Positions 40,372 to 50,540 of a stretch of 64,000 nt of DNA are shown here, in pieces; the stretch's first letter is position 1; each line of letters opens with the position of its first letter. The notes beneath the pieces were generated by a model. The model searched no databases. It was not told the DNA's origin and worked only from the letters and a program-made list of their open reading frames with translations. Location of the stretch: positions 1,696,001 to 1,760,000 of the forward strand of contig OY760175.1 in NCBI GenBank assembly GCA_963663165.1, read 5' to 3'. The translations under genes were made by a program, and so were the position numbers. Source of the stretch: an uncultured Desulfospira sp. (lineage in GTDB: Bacteria > Desulfobacterota > Desulfobacteria > Desulfobacterales > Desulfobacteraceae).

Positions 40372-41173
40372 CCAAATTTACGAGGCAATTGACAATGGCG
40401 TCAATTATATCGATACGACAATGATTAATCAAAATGGGGAGTCTGAAACTTTTTTAGGAAAAATATTGTCTGATGGATATCGGGATAAAATACATCTTAC
40501 GACAAAGCTTTTACCCGCTTATGTAAAAAAGCGTGAAGATATGGATCGACTTTTAAATTCGCAACTGGCAAATCTGCAGACTGATTATGTGGATTATTAT
40601 TTTCTTCATGCCATGAACCGGTCGTATTGGAACAGGCTTAAGTCATTGGGAGTTCTTGAGTTTCTTGAAGCCGCCAAAAAGGATCAACGCATTAAAAATA
40701 CGGGTTTTTCGTTTTATGGCGATCTTGATACGTTCAAAGAAATTATTGATTCCTATGACTGGCCGGTCTGCCAGATTCGATACAATTATTTGGATGAATT
40801 GACTCAAGCCGGTAAAAGTGGATTAGAGTATGCAGCAGAAAAAGGCGTTGGCGTGATCGTTATGGAATCTTTAAGACGGGGGCGGCTTGTAGGAGAAACA
40901 CCGGAAACGGTTGAAAAAATTTGGGAAGAGGCTGAACAAAAAAGGAGTCCGGCTGAGTGGGCTCTTCGGTGGGTCTGGAATCATCCGGAAGTCTCGGTGG
41001 TTCTTTCCGGCATGAATGAAGAAGAACATGTCAGAGAAAATATAAAAATTGCAAACCAAGCTATGCCGCAGTCATTGAGTCCGCATGAAGTGGATGTAAT
41101 GAACAGGGTTAAACATCAGTATAACGAATTGAAGAAAAATGGGTGTAGAGGATGCGGTTTGTGTAATTCATAA
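40372..41173 (+). pseudogene. 3' fragment of aldo/keto reductase gene (ends after a single CxxCxxC)
   Basis: AIDNGVNYIDT, LTTKL, LQTDYVDYYFLH, GFSF, VIVME, WALRWVW, VVLSGM. The ORF-track start at 40322 lies inside the IS end. Confidence 0.85.
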
Positions 41174-41339
41174 ACATCAATCTCCCTGTCAAAAACGATA
41201 ATGGAAGGGCTGATAAGGGATTTTCCGGGGACAGTGTACCTATTAGTCTAAATCAAAACAGGGATGCTGTCCCCTGATTCTTATGATCTATCCTCGCCCA
41301 AGCCTATTTCAAAGCAGCATTCAATGGCAGAAGCCAGGG

Positions 41340-41456
41340 GGGGGGCGCGCTTTTTGTGCCCACCATTTGTCAAAAATTCGATTCCATCATATTCATCGTT
41401 TAGAGGCCAGGTGTTATGCCCCAAATGGTGGGCAACGCTGCGCTTTTGCCCACCCA
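41340..41456. repeat. REP-like palindromic elements
   Basis: GCGCGCTTTTTGTGCCCACCAT and ATGGTGGGCAACGCTGCGCTTTTGCCCACC hairpin-forming motifs. Confidence 0.55.
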
Positions 41457-41733
41457 AATGGTCCTTCATAGTATCTACTTTTCTGAGTTTTCGTATACCG
41501 ACATCTGTCGACCGGGAGTTCACATTACGGTGCTCTTCCCGGCGAACTGTCACATATTTTCTGACAGTTGCCTCTGGTGCCGGCCCACCTCCTTCATCAA
41601 TTGAAATGACGGACAGATAGAACAAACAGGTCAAGGACAATTAACTTGCCATGAGAGACGTTCTACGTCACCACAGGCAAGTTGGGGATTTTTGGAATTC
41701 AAAAAAATGATTGACTAATGGTCATTTCCATGC

Positions 41734-41751
41734 AATGAATGATCATTCATT
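41734..41751. promoter_or_regulatory. Perfect 18-bp palindrome, candidate TetR/FadR-type operator of the acyl-CoA dehydrogenase gene
   Basis: AATGAATGATCATTCATT is self-complementary. Adjacent weaker box TGACTAATGGTCA at 41712-41724. Confidence 0.55.
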
Positions 41752-41944
41752 TTTGATAAACGGGATTATTGATGGGGAAACAAAAAATCATATCATCTGG
41801 GAAATAAGATTAACTCAATAGTTTAATTAGATAAATATAAAATCAAAACATTGTCTTGAGACCAGAATAACAGGTTGCTCACTGGAAACAACTCAATGAG
41901 GATAAATTCATCAAAATTTCTCAAACCCAACAGGAGGCTTTAAA

Positions 41945-43759
41945 ATGGCACAGGTACTTTCCGACAAACGGGATATTGAATTTGTCATGCACGAAATGCT
42001 TAATGCGGGACAAATTGCAGATCTGCATGAAAATTTTACCGATTTTAACAAGAAAACCATTGACCTGATCATCTCCGAGGCCCGGAACTTCGCCGTCAAG
42101 GAACTGCTGCCGGCCAATAAAGAAGGTGACGAACAGGGTTGCACCCTTAACGACGGAAAGGTTACCACCCCGGAACCGTTTAAGCGCCTGTTTGAACTGT
42201 TCACTGAAGGCGAATGGCTGGCCCCCACCGAAGCCGTGGAATGGGGCGGCCAGGGCATGCCAAGGACCGTGGCCTCCCCGGTTCTCGAATATTTTAATGC
42301 GGCCAATTTTCCGTTCATGATGTACGGTGCCCTGACCCAGGGAGCCGGCCACTTGGTGGAAAACTTTGGCACAGATGAGCAGAAAAACACCTATCTTAAA
42401 AACATGTATACCGGCCAGTGGACCGGCACCATGCTGCTCACAGAGCCCGGCGCCGGATCAGATGTCGGGGCACTGACCACCAAGGCCGTTCCCAACGGCG
42501 ACGGCACCTATGCCATCACCGGTGAAAAAATATTTATTTCCGGCGGGGAGCATGATCTGGCTGAAAACATCATTCATCCGGTTTTGGCCAGGATCGAAGG
42601 CGCACCCGAAGGCACCAAGGGGATTTCCCTGTTCCTGGTGCCCAAGTTCCGGGTCAATGAAGACGGCTCTTTAGGGGAATTCAACGATGTGATCTGCACC
42701 GGGATTGAACATAAAATGGGCATCCACGGCAACTCCACCTGTTCCCTTTCTTTAGGCTCCAAGGGCGGCTGCATCGGCACCCTCCTGGGCGAAGAGAACA
42801 AAGGTATGAAGGCCATGTTCCTGATGATGAACGAAGCCCGGCGCCTGGTGGGATTCCAGGGGTTTGCCTGTGCCAGTGCCGCCTATATGTATGCCCTGGA
42901 TTATGCCAGAAACAGAATCCAGGGGAAAAACCTGCTTGAAATGCTCAACCCTGAAGCCAAATCCGTTTCCATCTTCCGGCACCCGGACGTCCGGCGCCAG
43001 CTGATGATGATGAAAACCAACGTGGAAGGCATGAGAACCCTGCTGTACTACGTCCAGTTCTGTGCCGACATGGCCAAATACGCTGATTCCGAGGAAGAAA
43101 AGGCCAAATACCAGGGGTTTGTTGAAATTCTTACCCCCATTGTCAAAGGGTATATCACCGACCGGGCCTTTGAGGTGTGCAGCCAGGGTGTTCAAGTATA
43201 CGGCGGTTACGGCTTTATTGAAGAATACCCCATGGCCCAGCTGCTCAGGGACTGCCGCATCACCCTGATCTACGAGGGGACCAACGGGATCCAGGCCATG
43301 GACCTGTTAGGACGAAAACTTGGCCTGAACAAGGGAAAACCCATCATGGACCTGTTCGGGGAAATGCAAAAAACCATTGCCCAGGCCAAACAGATTCCCG
43401 AGCTTGAAAAATTTGCCGTCAAGGTGGAAGAGGTCATTAACAAACTGGCGGAAGTGGCCCTTCACATGGGGCAGACCGCCATGTCTGAAAAGGTGCTGAC
43501 CGCCTTTGCCAATGCCCATCCCTTCCAGGACGCCACCGGCGACGCCGTCATGGCATGGCTGTTGCTCTGGCGGGCCGTGGTGGCAACCCAGAAACTTGAA
43601 AAGGCCAAGAAAAAGGACAAACCCTTTTACCAGGGGATCATCAAGTCCCTGCAATACGTTGTGGAGACCCAGGCCCCCATCACCTTAGGCCGAATGGCGG
43701 CCCTGATGAACACCAGTGCGGTGGCCCTTGAAATCGAGGACGATATGTTTCCCAGTTAA
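41945..43759 (+). CDS. Acyl-CoA dehydrogenase
   Basis: GGQGMP, GTMLLTEPGAGSDVG, GEKIFIS, EHKMGIHG, QVYGGYGF, IYEGTNGIQAMDL. Confidence 0.95.
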   Translation: MAQVLSDKRDIEFVMHEMLNAGQIADLHENFTDFNKKTIDLIISEARNFAVKELLPANKEGDEQGCTLNDGKVTTPEPFKRLFELFTEGEWLAPTEAVEWGGQGMPRTVASPVLEYFNAANFPFMMYGALTQGAGHLVENFGTDEQKNTYLKNMYTGQWTGTMLLTEPGAGSDVGALTTKAVPNGDGTYAITGEKIFISGGEHDLAENIIHPVLARIEGAPEGTKGISLFLVPKFRVNEDGSLGEFNDVICTGIEHKMGIHGNSTCSLSLGSKGGCIGTLLGEENKGMKAMFLMMNEARRLVGFQGFACASAAYMYALDYARNRIQGKNLLEMLNPEAKSVSIFRHPDVRRQLMMMKTNVEGMRTLLYYVQFCADMAKYADSEEEKAKYQGFVEILTPIVKGYITDRAFEVCSQGVQVYGGYGFIEEYPMAQLLRDCRITLIYEGTNGIQAMDLLGRKLGLNKGKPIMDLFGEMQKTIAQAKQIPELEKFAVKVEEVINKLAEVALHMGQTAMSEKVLTAFANAHPFQDATGDAVMAWLLLWRAVVATQKLEKAKKKDKPFYQGIIKSLQYVVETQAPITLGRMAALMNTSAVALEIEDDMFPS

Positions 43760-43802
43760 TAATTAAACGGAGACCGGATTTGCAGTTCCCTCTGGTTGTG
43801 GC

Positions 43803-43855
43803 GTAGGAGCGGGCCATGCCCGCGATCCGATCGCGGGCATGGCCCGCGCTCCTAC
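43803..43855. repeat. GTAG-type REP doublet (REPIN-like)
   Basis: GTAGGAGCGGGCCATGCCCGCGATC-C-GATCGCGGGCATGGCCCGCGCTCCTAC. Confidence 0.8.
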
Positions 43856-44130
43856 AGGGTTGGTTTTCTTGCCCTTGTTCAAACTATTCAGAGCAAGATG
43901 CTAATCCCCGAATTTGCTATCTGGTCTCCTGTCTCCATTTTTCAATACCATTCCCCCTGATATTTTCCTTGACCCAAGCATCCCTTAAGTTTAAAATTCA
44001 GTTTAAGCAGAAACACTTGAAACGGCCTTTCTTATTCCTGTTCATGGCTGGTTTCACTGATCGACTCTTTCCTGTTTCTCTAAGTTAACTTCCAACCTGC
44101 ACAACCGGTTTTAATTAAAGGAGGTGACCC

Positions 44131-45051
44131 ATGAGAATAGCCCCCAAAAAAATTATGTGTGCCGTTGATTTCAGCGAGCATACCGGCCAGGTCCTGACCA
44201 CCGGCAGCGGCCTGGCAAAGGAGTTCGGCTCACAGCTTATCGTGTGCCATGTGTTGTCCAATGTGGTCCTGGTTTCCAGCGCAGGCCAGGCCTATATCGT
44301 TGCCAGAAGAATAGAGGAGGAACAGCGCCAGGAAGTTGAAACCCGCATGGAAAACTTAAAAGAGCTGCTGGACATTCCTTTTCAACCCCTTGTTCTGTCC
44401 GGGCACCCGGCCACTGTCCTGACCCAGACCGCCCTTGAGGAAAAAGTCGATCTGGTGATTGCCGCCACCCACGGCAGGGCCGGCATAAACCGGTTTCTGG
44501 TGGGCTCAGTCACGGACCGGCTGGTCAAAACCCTGGCCTGCCCGCTGATGGTGCTGCCCCCCGGGGGGCCTTCGGACCAGGATGTCCGCCGCCTTCAGAT
44601 AAACCGGATCCTGGTGGGATGCGATTTTTCCAGGGACTCAGCCCTTGCCTTCAACTACGGGTTAAGCCTTGCCCAGGAATTCCAGGCAGATCTTTTTCTG
44701 GCCCATGTCATAAGGTTCCCGGACCGGCTTGAATTTATCAGTGCGGGCAATGACGGCCAGGCCATGCCCGGGTACGATCGCCCAGTGACCGGCACCCTTG
44801 CAAGGATCGAACAAAAACTGTTTGAAATGGTTCCCGAAGACTGCCGGAACTGGTGCACCCCCATTACCGCCGTTCTTGAAGGGGAGCCCTGGTCTGAACT
44901 GATCCGCTTTTCCAAGCAGGAGAACGTAGACCTTATCGTGCTTGGCATTCACGGCCGAAGCCTTTTGGAACAGTTTTTGGTGGGGTCCACCACGGACCGG
45001 GTCATTGGCCGGGGGAAATGTCCGGTACTGGCGGTCAGACAGGAAGCATAA
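44131..45051 (+). CDS. Universal stress protein (tandem Usp domains)
   Basis: KIMCAVDFS...DLVIAATHGR...GSVTDRLV and ILVGCDFS...DLIVLGIHGR...GSTTDRV. Confidence 0.93.
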   Translation: MRIAPKKIMCAVDFSEHTGQVLTTGSGLAKEFGSQLIVCHVLSNVVLVSSAGQAYIVARRIEEEQRQEVETRMENLKELLDIPFQPLVLSGHPATVLTQTALEEKVDLVIAATHGRAGINRFLVGSVTDRLVKTLACPLMVLPPGGPSDQDVRRLQINRILVGCDFSRDSALAFNYGLSLAQEFQADLFLAHVIRFPDRLEFISAGNDGQAMPGYDRPVTGTLARIEQKLFEMVPEDCRNWCTPITAVLEGEPWSELIRFSKQENVDLIVLGIHGRSLLEQFLVGSTTDRVIGRGKCPVLAVRQEA

Positions 45052-45139
45052 AAAAGGTTTTTCTTCCGGTCAAAAAATGTGGTATATTCCATAAAAGCTA
45101 TAACAACATATCAACATATTTTAATATGGAATAGACAAC

Positions 45140-46204
45140 ATGACCCGTTTCAAAGCCAACAGCTTTGCCCTGCTCATCGGCAGCCTTCCCATGGACGACC
45201 ACAAGGCCGCAACCGACCTTGTTTTTGATCATACCCCCCAGGTCCCCCTGTGGGTCCAGCTTCCTGCGTTCAAAAAGGAAGGCATGATTGAGCAGTTCCT
45301 TTCAGGCCTTCCCGGGCTGACCCGGGAAAAAGACAAATCTTTTTTAGATACCAGCAAGCCGGGCTTTGATGAAGCGTATCTTGCCTTTTATGAAAATTAC
45401 CTGGCCCTGTCTGAGTCTGGTGCTGATTTAAGCGACTCCACCTTTGCCTTTAATCAGGAGAATGGCAAAGGGTTTTTTGAATTTACCCGGCAGGTTGATG
45501 AACGAAAAGGGCCGTTTCATGCCTTAAAAGGCCAGATTACCGGTCCCGTCACCTTTGGCACGGCCGTCAAAGACGAGAATGACCGGGATATTTTCTACAA
45601 TGACCAGTTAAGGGATGCGGCTTTAAAGAAACTGGCCCTGAATGCGAAATGGCAGACCCGGGAACTTGGCAAACGGGCTGAAGTTCCAATTTTGTTCATG
45701 GACGAACCGGCCCTGGCGGGATTCGGTACATCCGCCTATATCACCATCACCCAGAAGGATGTGGTTGACAGTTTAGAAGAAATTGCCACGGAAATCCATG
45801 CTGAGAACGGCCTTGCCGGGGTTCATGTCTGCGCCAATACCGAGTGGGATATGCTCCTCACCGCCAATATCGACATCATATCCTTTGACGCATTTTCCTA
45901 TTTTGACCGGTTCATTCTCTACCCGGACCAGATCAGATCCTTTTTTGGCAAAGGCGGTATTCTGGCCTGGGGGATTGTTCCCACAGACAACGCCGACCTC
46001 ATTGCCGACCAGACCAAAGAAGGGTTAACGCAAAAGCTCCAAGACCAGATTCAGCAGGTGGTTGATCTGGGGATTTCCCGGGAAACCGTCTTAGAGCAGA
46101 TGTTTGTCACGCCCAGCTGCGGTACCGGATCATTGGATTTTGGCTCGGCCAAAAAGGTGCTGACACTGACCCGGGAAGTTTCTGAAGCCATCAGAACCGT
46201 TTAA
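45140..46204 (+). CDS. Cobalamin-independent methionine synthase catalytic-domain protein (core synthase, MesB-like)
   Basis: IGSLP, WVQLP...EGMIEQF...LPG, KGQITGP, DEPAL, Zn-ligand motifs HVC and TPSCG, WGIVPT. Only one MetE barrel. Confidence 0.75.
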   Translation: MTRFKANSFALLIGSLPMDDHKAATDLVFDHTPQVPLWVQLPAFKKEGMIEQFLSGLPGLTREKDKSFLDTSKPGFDEAYLAFYENYLALSESGADLSDSTFAFNQENGKGFFEFTRQVDERKGPFHALKGQITGPVTFGTAVKDENDRDIFYNDQLRDAALKKLALNAKWQTRELGKRAEVPILFMDEPALAGFGTSAYITITQKDVVDSLEEIATEIHAENGLAGVHVCANTEWDMLLTANIDIISFDAFSYFDRFILYPDQIRSFFGKGGILAWGIVPTDNADLIADQTKEGLTQKLQDQIQQVVDLGISRETVLEQMFVTPSCGTGSLDFGSAKKVLTLTREVSEAIRTV

Positions 46205-46214
46205 AATGAAAAAA

Positions 46215-46874
46215 TCAGTTCTCTTTTAACGCCTCAGCCTTAAAATCGGCCTGTCCCCGGTCTTTATTTTGAAAGTAGCCGGGGTAGGCCTTAATCGAAT
46301 CTGCCATGATCCGTTCAAAGGGAAGATCGGCAAAGGTGCCGTGGTCCCGGACATACTCCATATGCCGGTTTCCCCTGGCGTCAAAGGGATGAAAGATGGA
46401 GTCACTGATGCCGTCAAACTCCAGGGGCTTAACCTTAAAAGCCTTACAGAGGCTTAAGTTAAATGCCGGGGTGGCCTTGACCCATTGGCCTTCCAGAAAA
46501 ACATCAGTATACCCGTGCCAGATAAAGAGGTCTGTTTGCATTAAGGCTTTCAAACGGCCGGTAACCAGGTGGTTTTTCACATCGGCAAAGCCCAGGCGGG
46601 CCGGAATCCCAAGACTTCTCAAACAGGCGGCTAACAGCACGGCCTTGGCCACACAATACCCCTCTTTTTTTTCCAGAATCCGGCTTGCCCGCATATTTTC
46701 TTTTGCCTGGTCCATCCCATAAGGGTTATAGCGGATCTGATCCCTGACCCCGTAATAGATGGCCACGGCCCGGTCCGTATCGGTTTGTTTGCCCTTGGAA
46801 ACCTTTTGGGAGAATGCCCGAATTTTTGGGTGGTCCTTTTCAATAAAATAGGTGGCCTTTAAGTACGCTTCCAT
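46215..46874 (-). CDS. Transglutaminase-like domain protein
   Basis: VRDQIRYNPY, GYCVAKA (catalytic Cys), GIPARLGFADVKNH, HGY, WVKATPAF. Confidence 0.88.
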   Translation of the reverse strand: MEAYLKATYFIEKDHPKIRAFSQKVSKGKQTDTDRAVAIYYGVRDQIRYNPYGMDQAKENMRASRILEKKEGYCVAKAVLLAACLRSLGIPARLGFADVKNHLVTGRLKALMQTDLFIWHGYTDVFLEGQWVKATPAFNLSLCKAFKVKPLEFDGISDSIFHPFDARGNRHMEYVRDHGTFADLPFERIMADSIKAYPGYFQNKDRGQADFKAEALKEN

Positions 46875-47161
46875 TTTTTTGCCCCTTTCATCCGGGCTGT
46901 TTTGTAAACTGACGTGCCTCTATTGAGCCGCCCGAACATGGATTTTCGCCCAACTGTCCAATAAGATGGCCTGGTTTTACCTATACTCAAAATCCCCTGG
47001 ATGAACAAGGTACTTCTAAAAGATACAACCTTTTTACAATGGGCCGGCCCTCTTCCCATAAGCCCCATGGGCAAATTTACGCTAAAAATTATGCCTCAGC
47101 TTGAAATAGTGGTATACTTTTTTTAGTCCCAACCCAATTGGTATGCTGATTAAAGGAAAAA

Positions 47162-47653
47162 GTGATGACCGAATATCGAAAACTTGAACATGTTGATATG
47201 GACTGTTTTGCCTGCGGCCCGGAAAATCCCCACGGACTGCACATGACCTTTGAAACCAACGGGGAAGCCCTTAGATCCACGGTAACCATCCCATCCTACC
47301 TGAGGGGTTGGCACAACCTGGTCCACGGGGGAATTTTGTCCACCATCTGCGATGAGGTCATGTCCTGGGCCGCCATCTACTTAACCCAGCGGTTTATCCT
47401 CACCCGGGGCCTGAATGTCCGCTACCTGAAGCCGGTTACCATTGGTGAGACGGTCACGGCCACAGGGTTTATCAAAGAACGAATCGACAAGCGAAATGCC
47501 GTTGTCTGTGCTGAAATTAAAAATGAAAAAGGGGAGCTTTGCACCACAAGCCAGGGGGATTTTGCCCTGTTTTCCCCGGAGAATTTCCGAAAACTCAACA
47601 TCATGCCGGAAAATTTGATTGATGAGATGTTGGCAACCTTTGAGGATTTCTAA
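47162..47653 (+). CDS. PaaI-family (hotdog) thioesterase
   Basis: CFACGPENPHGL, VHGGILSTICDE, VRYLKPV. Confidence 0.88.
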   Translation: MMTEYRKLEHVDMDCFACGPENPHGLHMTFETNGEALRSTVTIPSYLRGWHNLVHGGILSTICDEVMSWAAIYLTQRFILTRGLNVRYLKPVTIGETVTATGFIKERIDKRNAVVCAEIKNEKGELCTTSQGDFALFSPENFRKLNIMPENLIDEMLATFEDF

Positions 47654-47665
47654 ACCGTAAGGATA

Positions 47666-48361
47666 ATGAATTCAACAAAAAAATCACCATCTCCCCGGGG
47701 AAGACAAACCCGGAAAAATGTTCTAAGGATTCTTAAATTTTCAGACAAAGAACAGGCCTTAGAACGTCTGGCCCAAATCCCCGATGAACAGCTGGTGGCC
47801 CACCTGTTCTCCCATTTTTACCGGGGAGACGAGCTGGTCAAGTTTCGAAGCGCGGCCGCCATGGGAGAACTGGTCAGCCGGATGGCGGCCCAAAGCATGG
47901 AAAAAGCCCGGATTGTACTGCGAAGAATCATGTGGAACCTGAACGATGAATCCGGCGGCATCGGCTGGGGATCGCCTGAGGCCATGGGGGAGATTCTATC
48001 CCGGAACCCTGCGCTTGCCGCTGATTTTAAGTCTATTTTGTTTTCCTATCTGGATGACAAAGGCAACTTTATTGAACATGAACTGCTTCAGCAAGGGGTC
48101 CTGTGGGGGGTGGGGACCTATCTTAAAACAAGTCCCAAGGATCTGGATAAGACAACCCAAAAAATTCTTGAAAATTTCCTGACATCACCGGACCCGGTCA
48201 AACGGGCCTATGCCCTTCGTGCCCTTGTGAACGCCGGGCAACCCCTGGAAACGGCTGCTTTAGAAAAGCTTAAAGGCGACGGTACCCGTGTGGATATCTT
48301 CAATGGCTGGGATTTTGAAAACAGCCGGATCTGCGATATGGTTCCGGAAAATCCGGCCTGA
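47666..48361 (+). CDS. HEAT-repeat protein (DVU0298-like)
   Basis: RRIMWNLNDESGGIGWGSPEAMGEI signature. Confidence 0.75.
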   Translation: MNSTKKSPSPRGRQTRKNVLRILKFSDKEQALERLAQIPDEQLVAHLFSHFYRGDELVKFRSAAAMGELVSRMAAQSMEKARIVLRRIMWNLNDESGGIGWGSPEAMGEILSRNPALAADFKSILFSYLDDKGNFIEHELLQQGVLWGVGTYLKTSPKDLDKTTQKILENFLTSPDPVKRAYALRALVNAGQPLETAALEKLKGDGTRVDIFNGWDFENSRICDMVPENPA

Positions 48362-48371
48362 TCCGGCAGCG

Positions 48372-48872
48372 TTAAGATTCATCCTCGCTGGTGGATTCAT
48401 CGGTTGTGGTGGTATCTTCATCGGTTTCCTCGGTGGTGGTGTCATCTTCGCTTTCATCTTCCTCACCGCTGATGGCCGAAATCGTAGTACTGCTGGAGTC
48501 TGTGTCGGTGAAAATTTCCTCAAAGGTGTCCGGATCCGACGTGGCCAGTTCTTCGGCCTGTCCTAAGGCATCCAGGATAGTGAGGGTGTCGTACCCTTCT
48601 GCCTGAAGCTGGGAGGCAAAGGCCCAGACATTGGTAATGGCTTCCTCGGATATGCCCGATTCTTCAGCAGCCTTGACAACGGCGCTGGCAGCCGCTGAAA
48701 TGGATGAAAGGGTACAGATATCGGTCTGGGAGGAACACAGGGTTTCTGTGAAACTCGCGATGGATGTATCGCCGGACAGGAGGATGGATACTGAATTGGC
48801 CTTGGCCTCAATCATCTGCGAGCCAACAGTGCTGTACTGGGATAAAACCGAACTGCTGATGGAACTTGTCAT
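48372..48872 (-). CDS. Hypothetical Ser/Thr- and acidic-rich protein
   Basis: 166-aa ORF with GGAGG RBS and a strongly acidic low-complexity C-terminus. Confidence 0.65.
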   Translation of the reverse strand: MTSSISSSVLSQYSTVGSQMIEAKANSVSILLSGDTSIASFTETLCSSQTDICTLSSISAAASAVVKAAEESGISEEAITNVWAFASQLQAEGYDTLTILDALGQAEELATSDPDTFEEIFTDTDSSSTTISAISGEEDESEDDTTTEETDEDTTTTDESTSEDES

Positions 48873-48971
48873 GGGACCCTCCTGACGGATGTAATTTATT
48901 GCTCAACTACATCATCGGCAGATTTGATCAAAAAATTAGAGGAAAAGAAATTCTTCATATTCTCCACACAT

Positions 48972-50423
48972 TCAAATTCCGCCCATGCACAAATATTTAA
49001 TCTCAAGGTAATCGTCCATCCCATATTTTGACCCTTCCCGGCCGTTTCCTGACGCCTTGATGCCGCCAAAGGGGGCGGCCTCATTGGAAATAATACCCTC
49101 GTTGATGCCGACGATGCCGTATTCAAGCCCTTCGGCCACCCGCCAGACCCGGCCAATGTCCCGGGCGTAAAAGTAGCCGGCCAGGCCAAATTCCGTATCA
49201 TTGGCCATTTTTATGGCCTCTTCTTCGGTATCAAACTTTAATACCGGGGCCACCGGCCCGAAAATTTCCTCTTTAAAGACCCGCATTGAAGGGGTGACCC
49301 CGGTTAAAACAGTGGGCTCAAAAAAGCAGACCCCCAGTTCCGAGGGCTTTCCGCCCAGAACCGCCGTTGCCCCTTTTTCAAGGGCGTCTTCCACCATTTG
49401 GGCCACATTGGCCACAGCTGAAGTGGTAATCATGGGCCCCACAGCTACCCCTTCCTGGGTTCCGGGACCCATCTTCAACGCTTTAACTGCAGCCACCAGT
49501 TTTTTCACAAACGCATCATAAATCCCTGACTGGACAATCAAACGGTTGGAGCAGACACAGGTCTGGCCGGCATTCCGGTATTTGCTGGCCACAGTCCCTT
49601 TGACGGCTTCATCAAGATCCGCATCATCAAACACAATAAAGGGGGCATTGCCCCCCAGTTCCATGGAGGTTTTTTTTACAGTGTCGGCGCAGGCCCGGAT
49701 CAGTTGACTTCCGACCGCTGTAGAGCCCGTAAAAGCAAGCTTTCGGACAACGGGATTCGAGGCCAGTTCGTCCCCGATGGCATCGGTGGCCCCGGCCACG
49801 ATGTTGATCACCCCGGAAGGAATCCCTGCCCTGTGGGCCAGTTCCCCCAGGGCCAGGGCCGATAAGGGGGTAGCCGTGGCAGGCTTGCAGACCACGGTAC
49901 ACCCTGCAGCCAGGGCCGGGGCAATTTTGCGGGTCAGCATGGCATTGGGAAAATTCCAGGGGGTGATGCAGGCCACCACGCCGACCGGCTGTTTGATACA
50001 GACAATCCGCTTGTCCTTTGAAGGTCCTGGAATGGTATCCCCGTAAATGCGCCGGGCCTCTTCTGCAAACCAGCGGATGTAGGATGCCCCGTACCGGATC
50101 TCACCGGCCGCCTCGGCCAGGGGTTTGCCCTGTTCGGCCGTTAAAATCCAGGCCAGATCGTCCACATGGGCCATGACCTGTTCATACCACTTCATCAACA
50201 GGTCCGATCTTTCAAGGGCCGTCAAGGCTTTAAAGGAAGCAAAGGCCCTGTCGGCGGCCTCAATGGCCCTGCGGGTTTCAGCCCCGCCGCACCGGGCCAC
50301 CGAAGCAATGGTCTTTCCGGTGGCCGGGTTGGTCACGTCAAACAGACTGCCATCATCACTGTCCATCCACTGGCCATCCACATAGGCCCCTGTTTTCAAC
50401 AAGCCCTTATCCCTTAATTCCAT
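48972..50423 (-). CDS. gabD: NAD(P)-dependent succinate-semialdehyde dehydrogenase
   Basis: ITPWNFP, FTGST, MELGGNAPF, RNAGQTCVC, EEIFGP, PFGGIKASG. Confidence 0.92.
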   Translation of the reverse strand: MELRDKGLLKTGAYVDGQWMDSDDGSLFDVTNPATGKTIASVARCGGAETRRAIEAADRAFASFKALTALERSDLLMKWYEQVMAHVDDLAWILTAEQGKPLAEAAGEIRYGASYIRWFAEEARRIYGDTIPGPSKDKRIVCIKQPVGVVACITPWNFPNAMLTRKIAPALAAGCTVVCKPATATPLSALALGELAHRAGIPSGVINIVAGATDAIGDELASNPVVRKLAFTGSTAVGSQLIRACADTVKKTSMELGGNAPFIVFDDADLDEAVKGTVASKYRNAGQTCVCSNRLIVQSGIYDAFVKKLVAAVKALKMGPGTQEGVAVGPMITTSAVANVAQMVEDALEKGATAVLGGKPSELGVCFFEPTVLTGVTPSMRVFKEEIFGPVAPVLKFDTEEEAIKMANDTEFGLAGYFYARDIGRVWRVAEGLEYGIVGINEGIISNEAAPFGGIKASGNGREGSKYGMDDYLEIKYLCMGGI

Positions 50424-50457
50424 TGCCTTAAGTTTCCTTCCTTTAATAATGATTCAG

Positions 50458-50540
50458 CCCCCACCGGCCCACCGGCCCACTTTCTCACTTTCTCACTTTC
50501 TCACTTTCCCACTTTCCCACTTTCCCTTCAGCCTTCAGCC
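50458..50540. repeat. Octamer/heptamer tandem repeats
   Basis: (CCCACCGG)x2, (CACTTTCY)x6, (TTCAGCC)x2 between clpB and gabD. Confidence 0.75.

Noticed and set aside
41264..41640. ORFs at 41264-41620 and 41281-41640
   Set aside because: They span REP-like sequence, are mutually antisense and lack motifs. Likely non-coding or remnant DNA.
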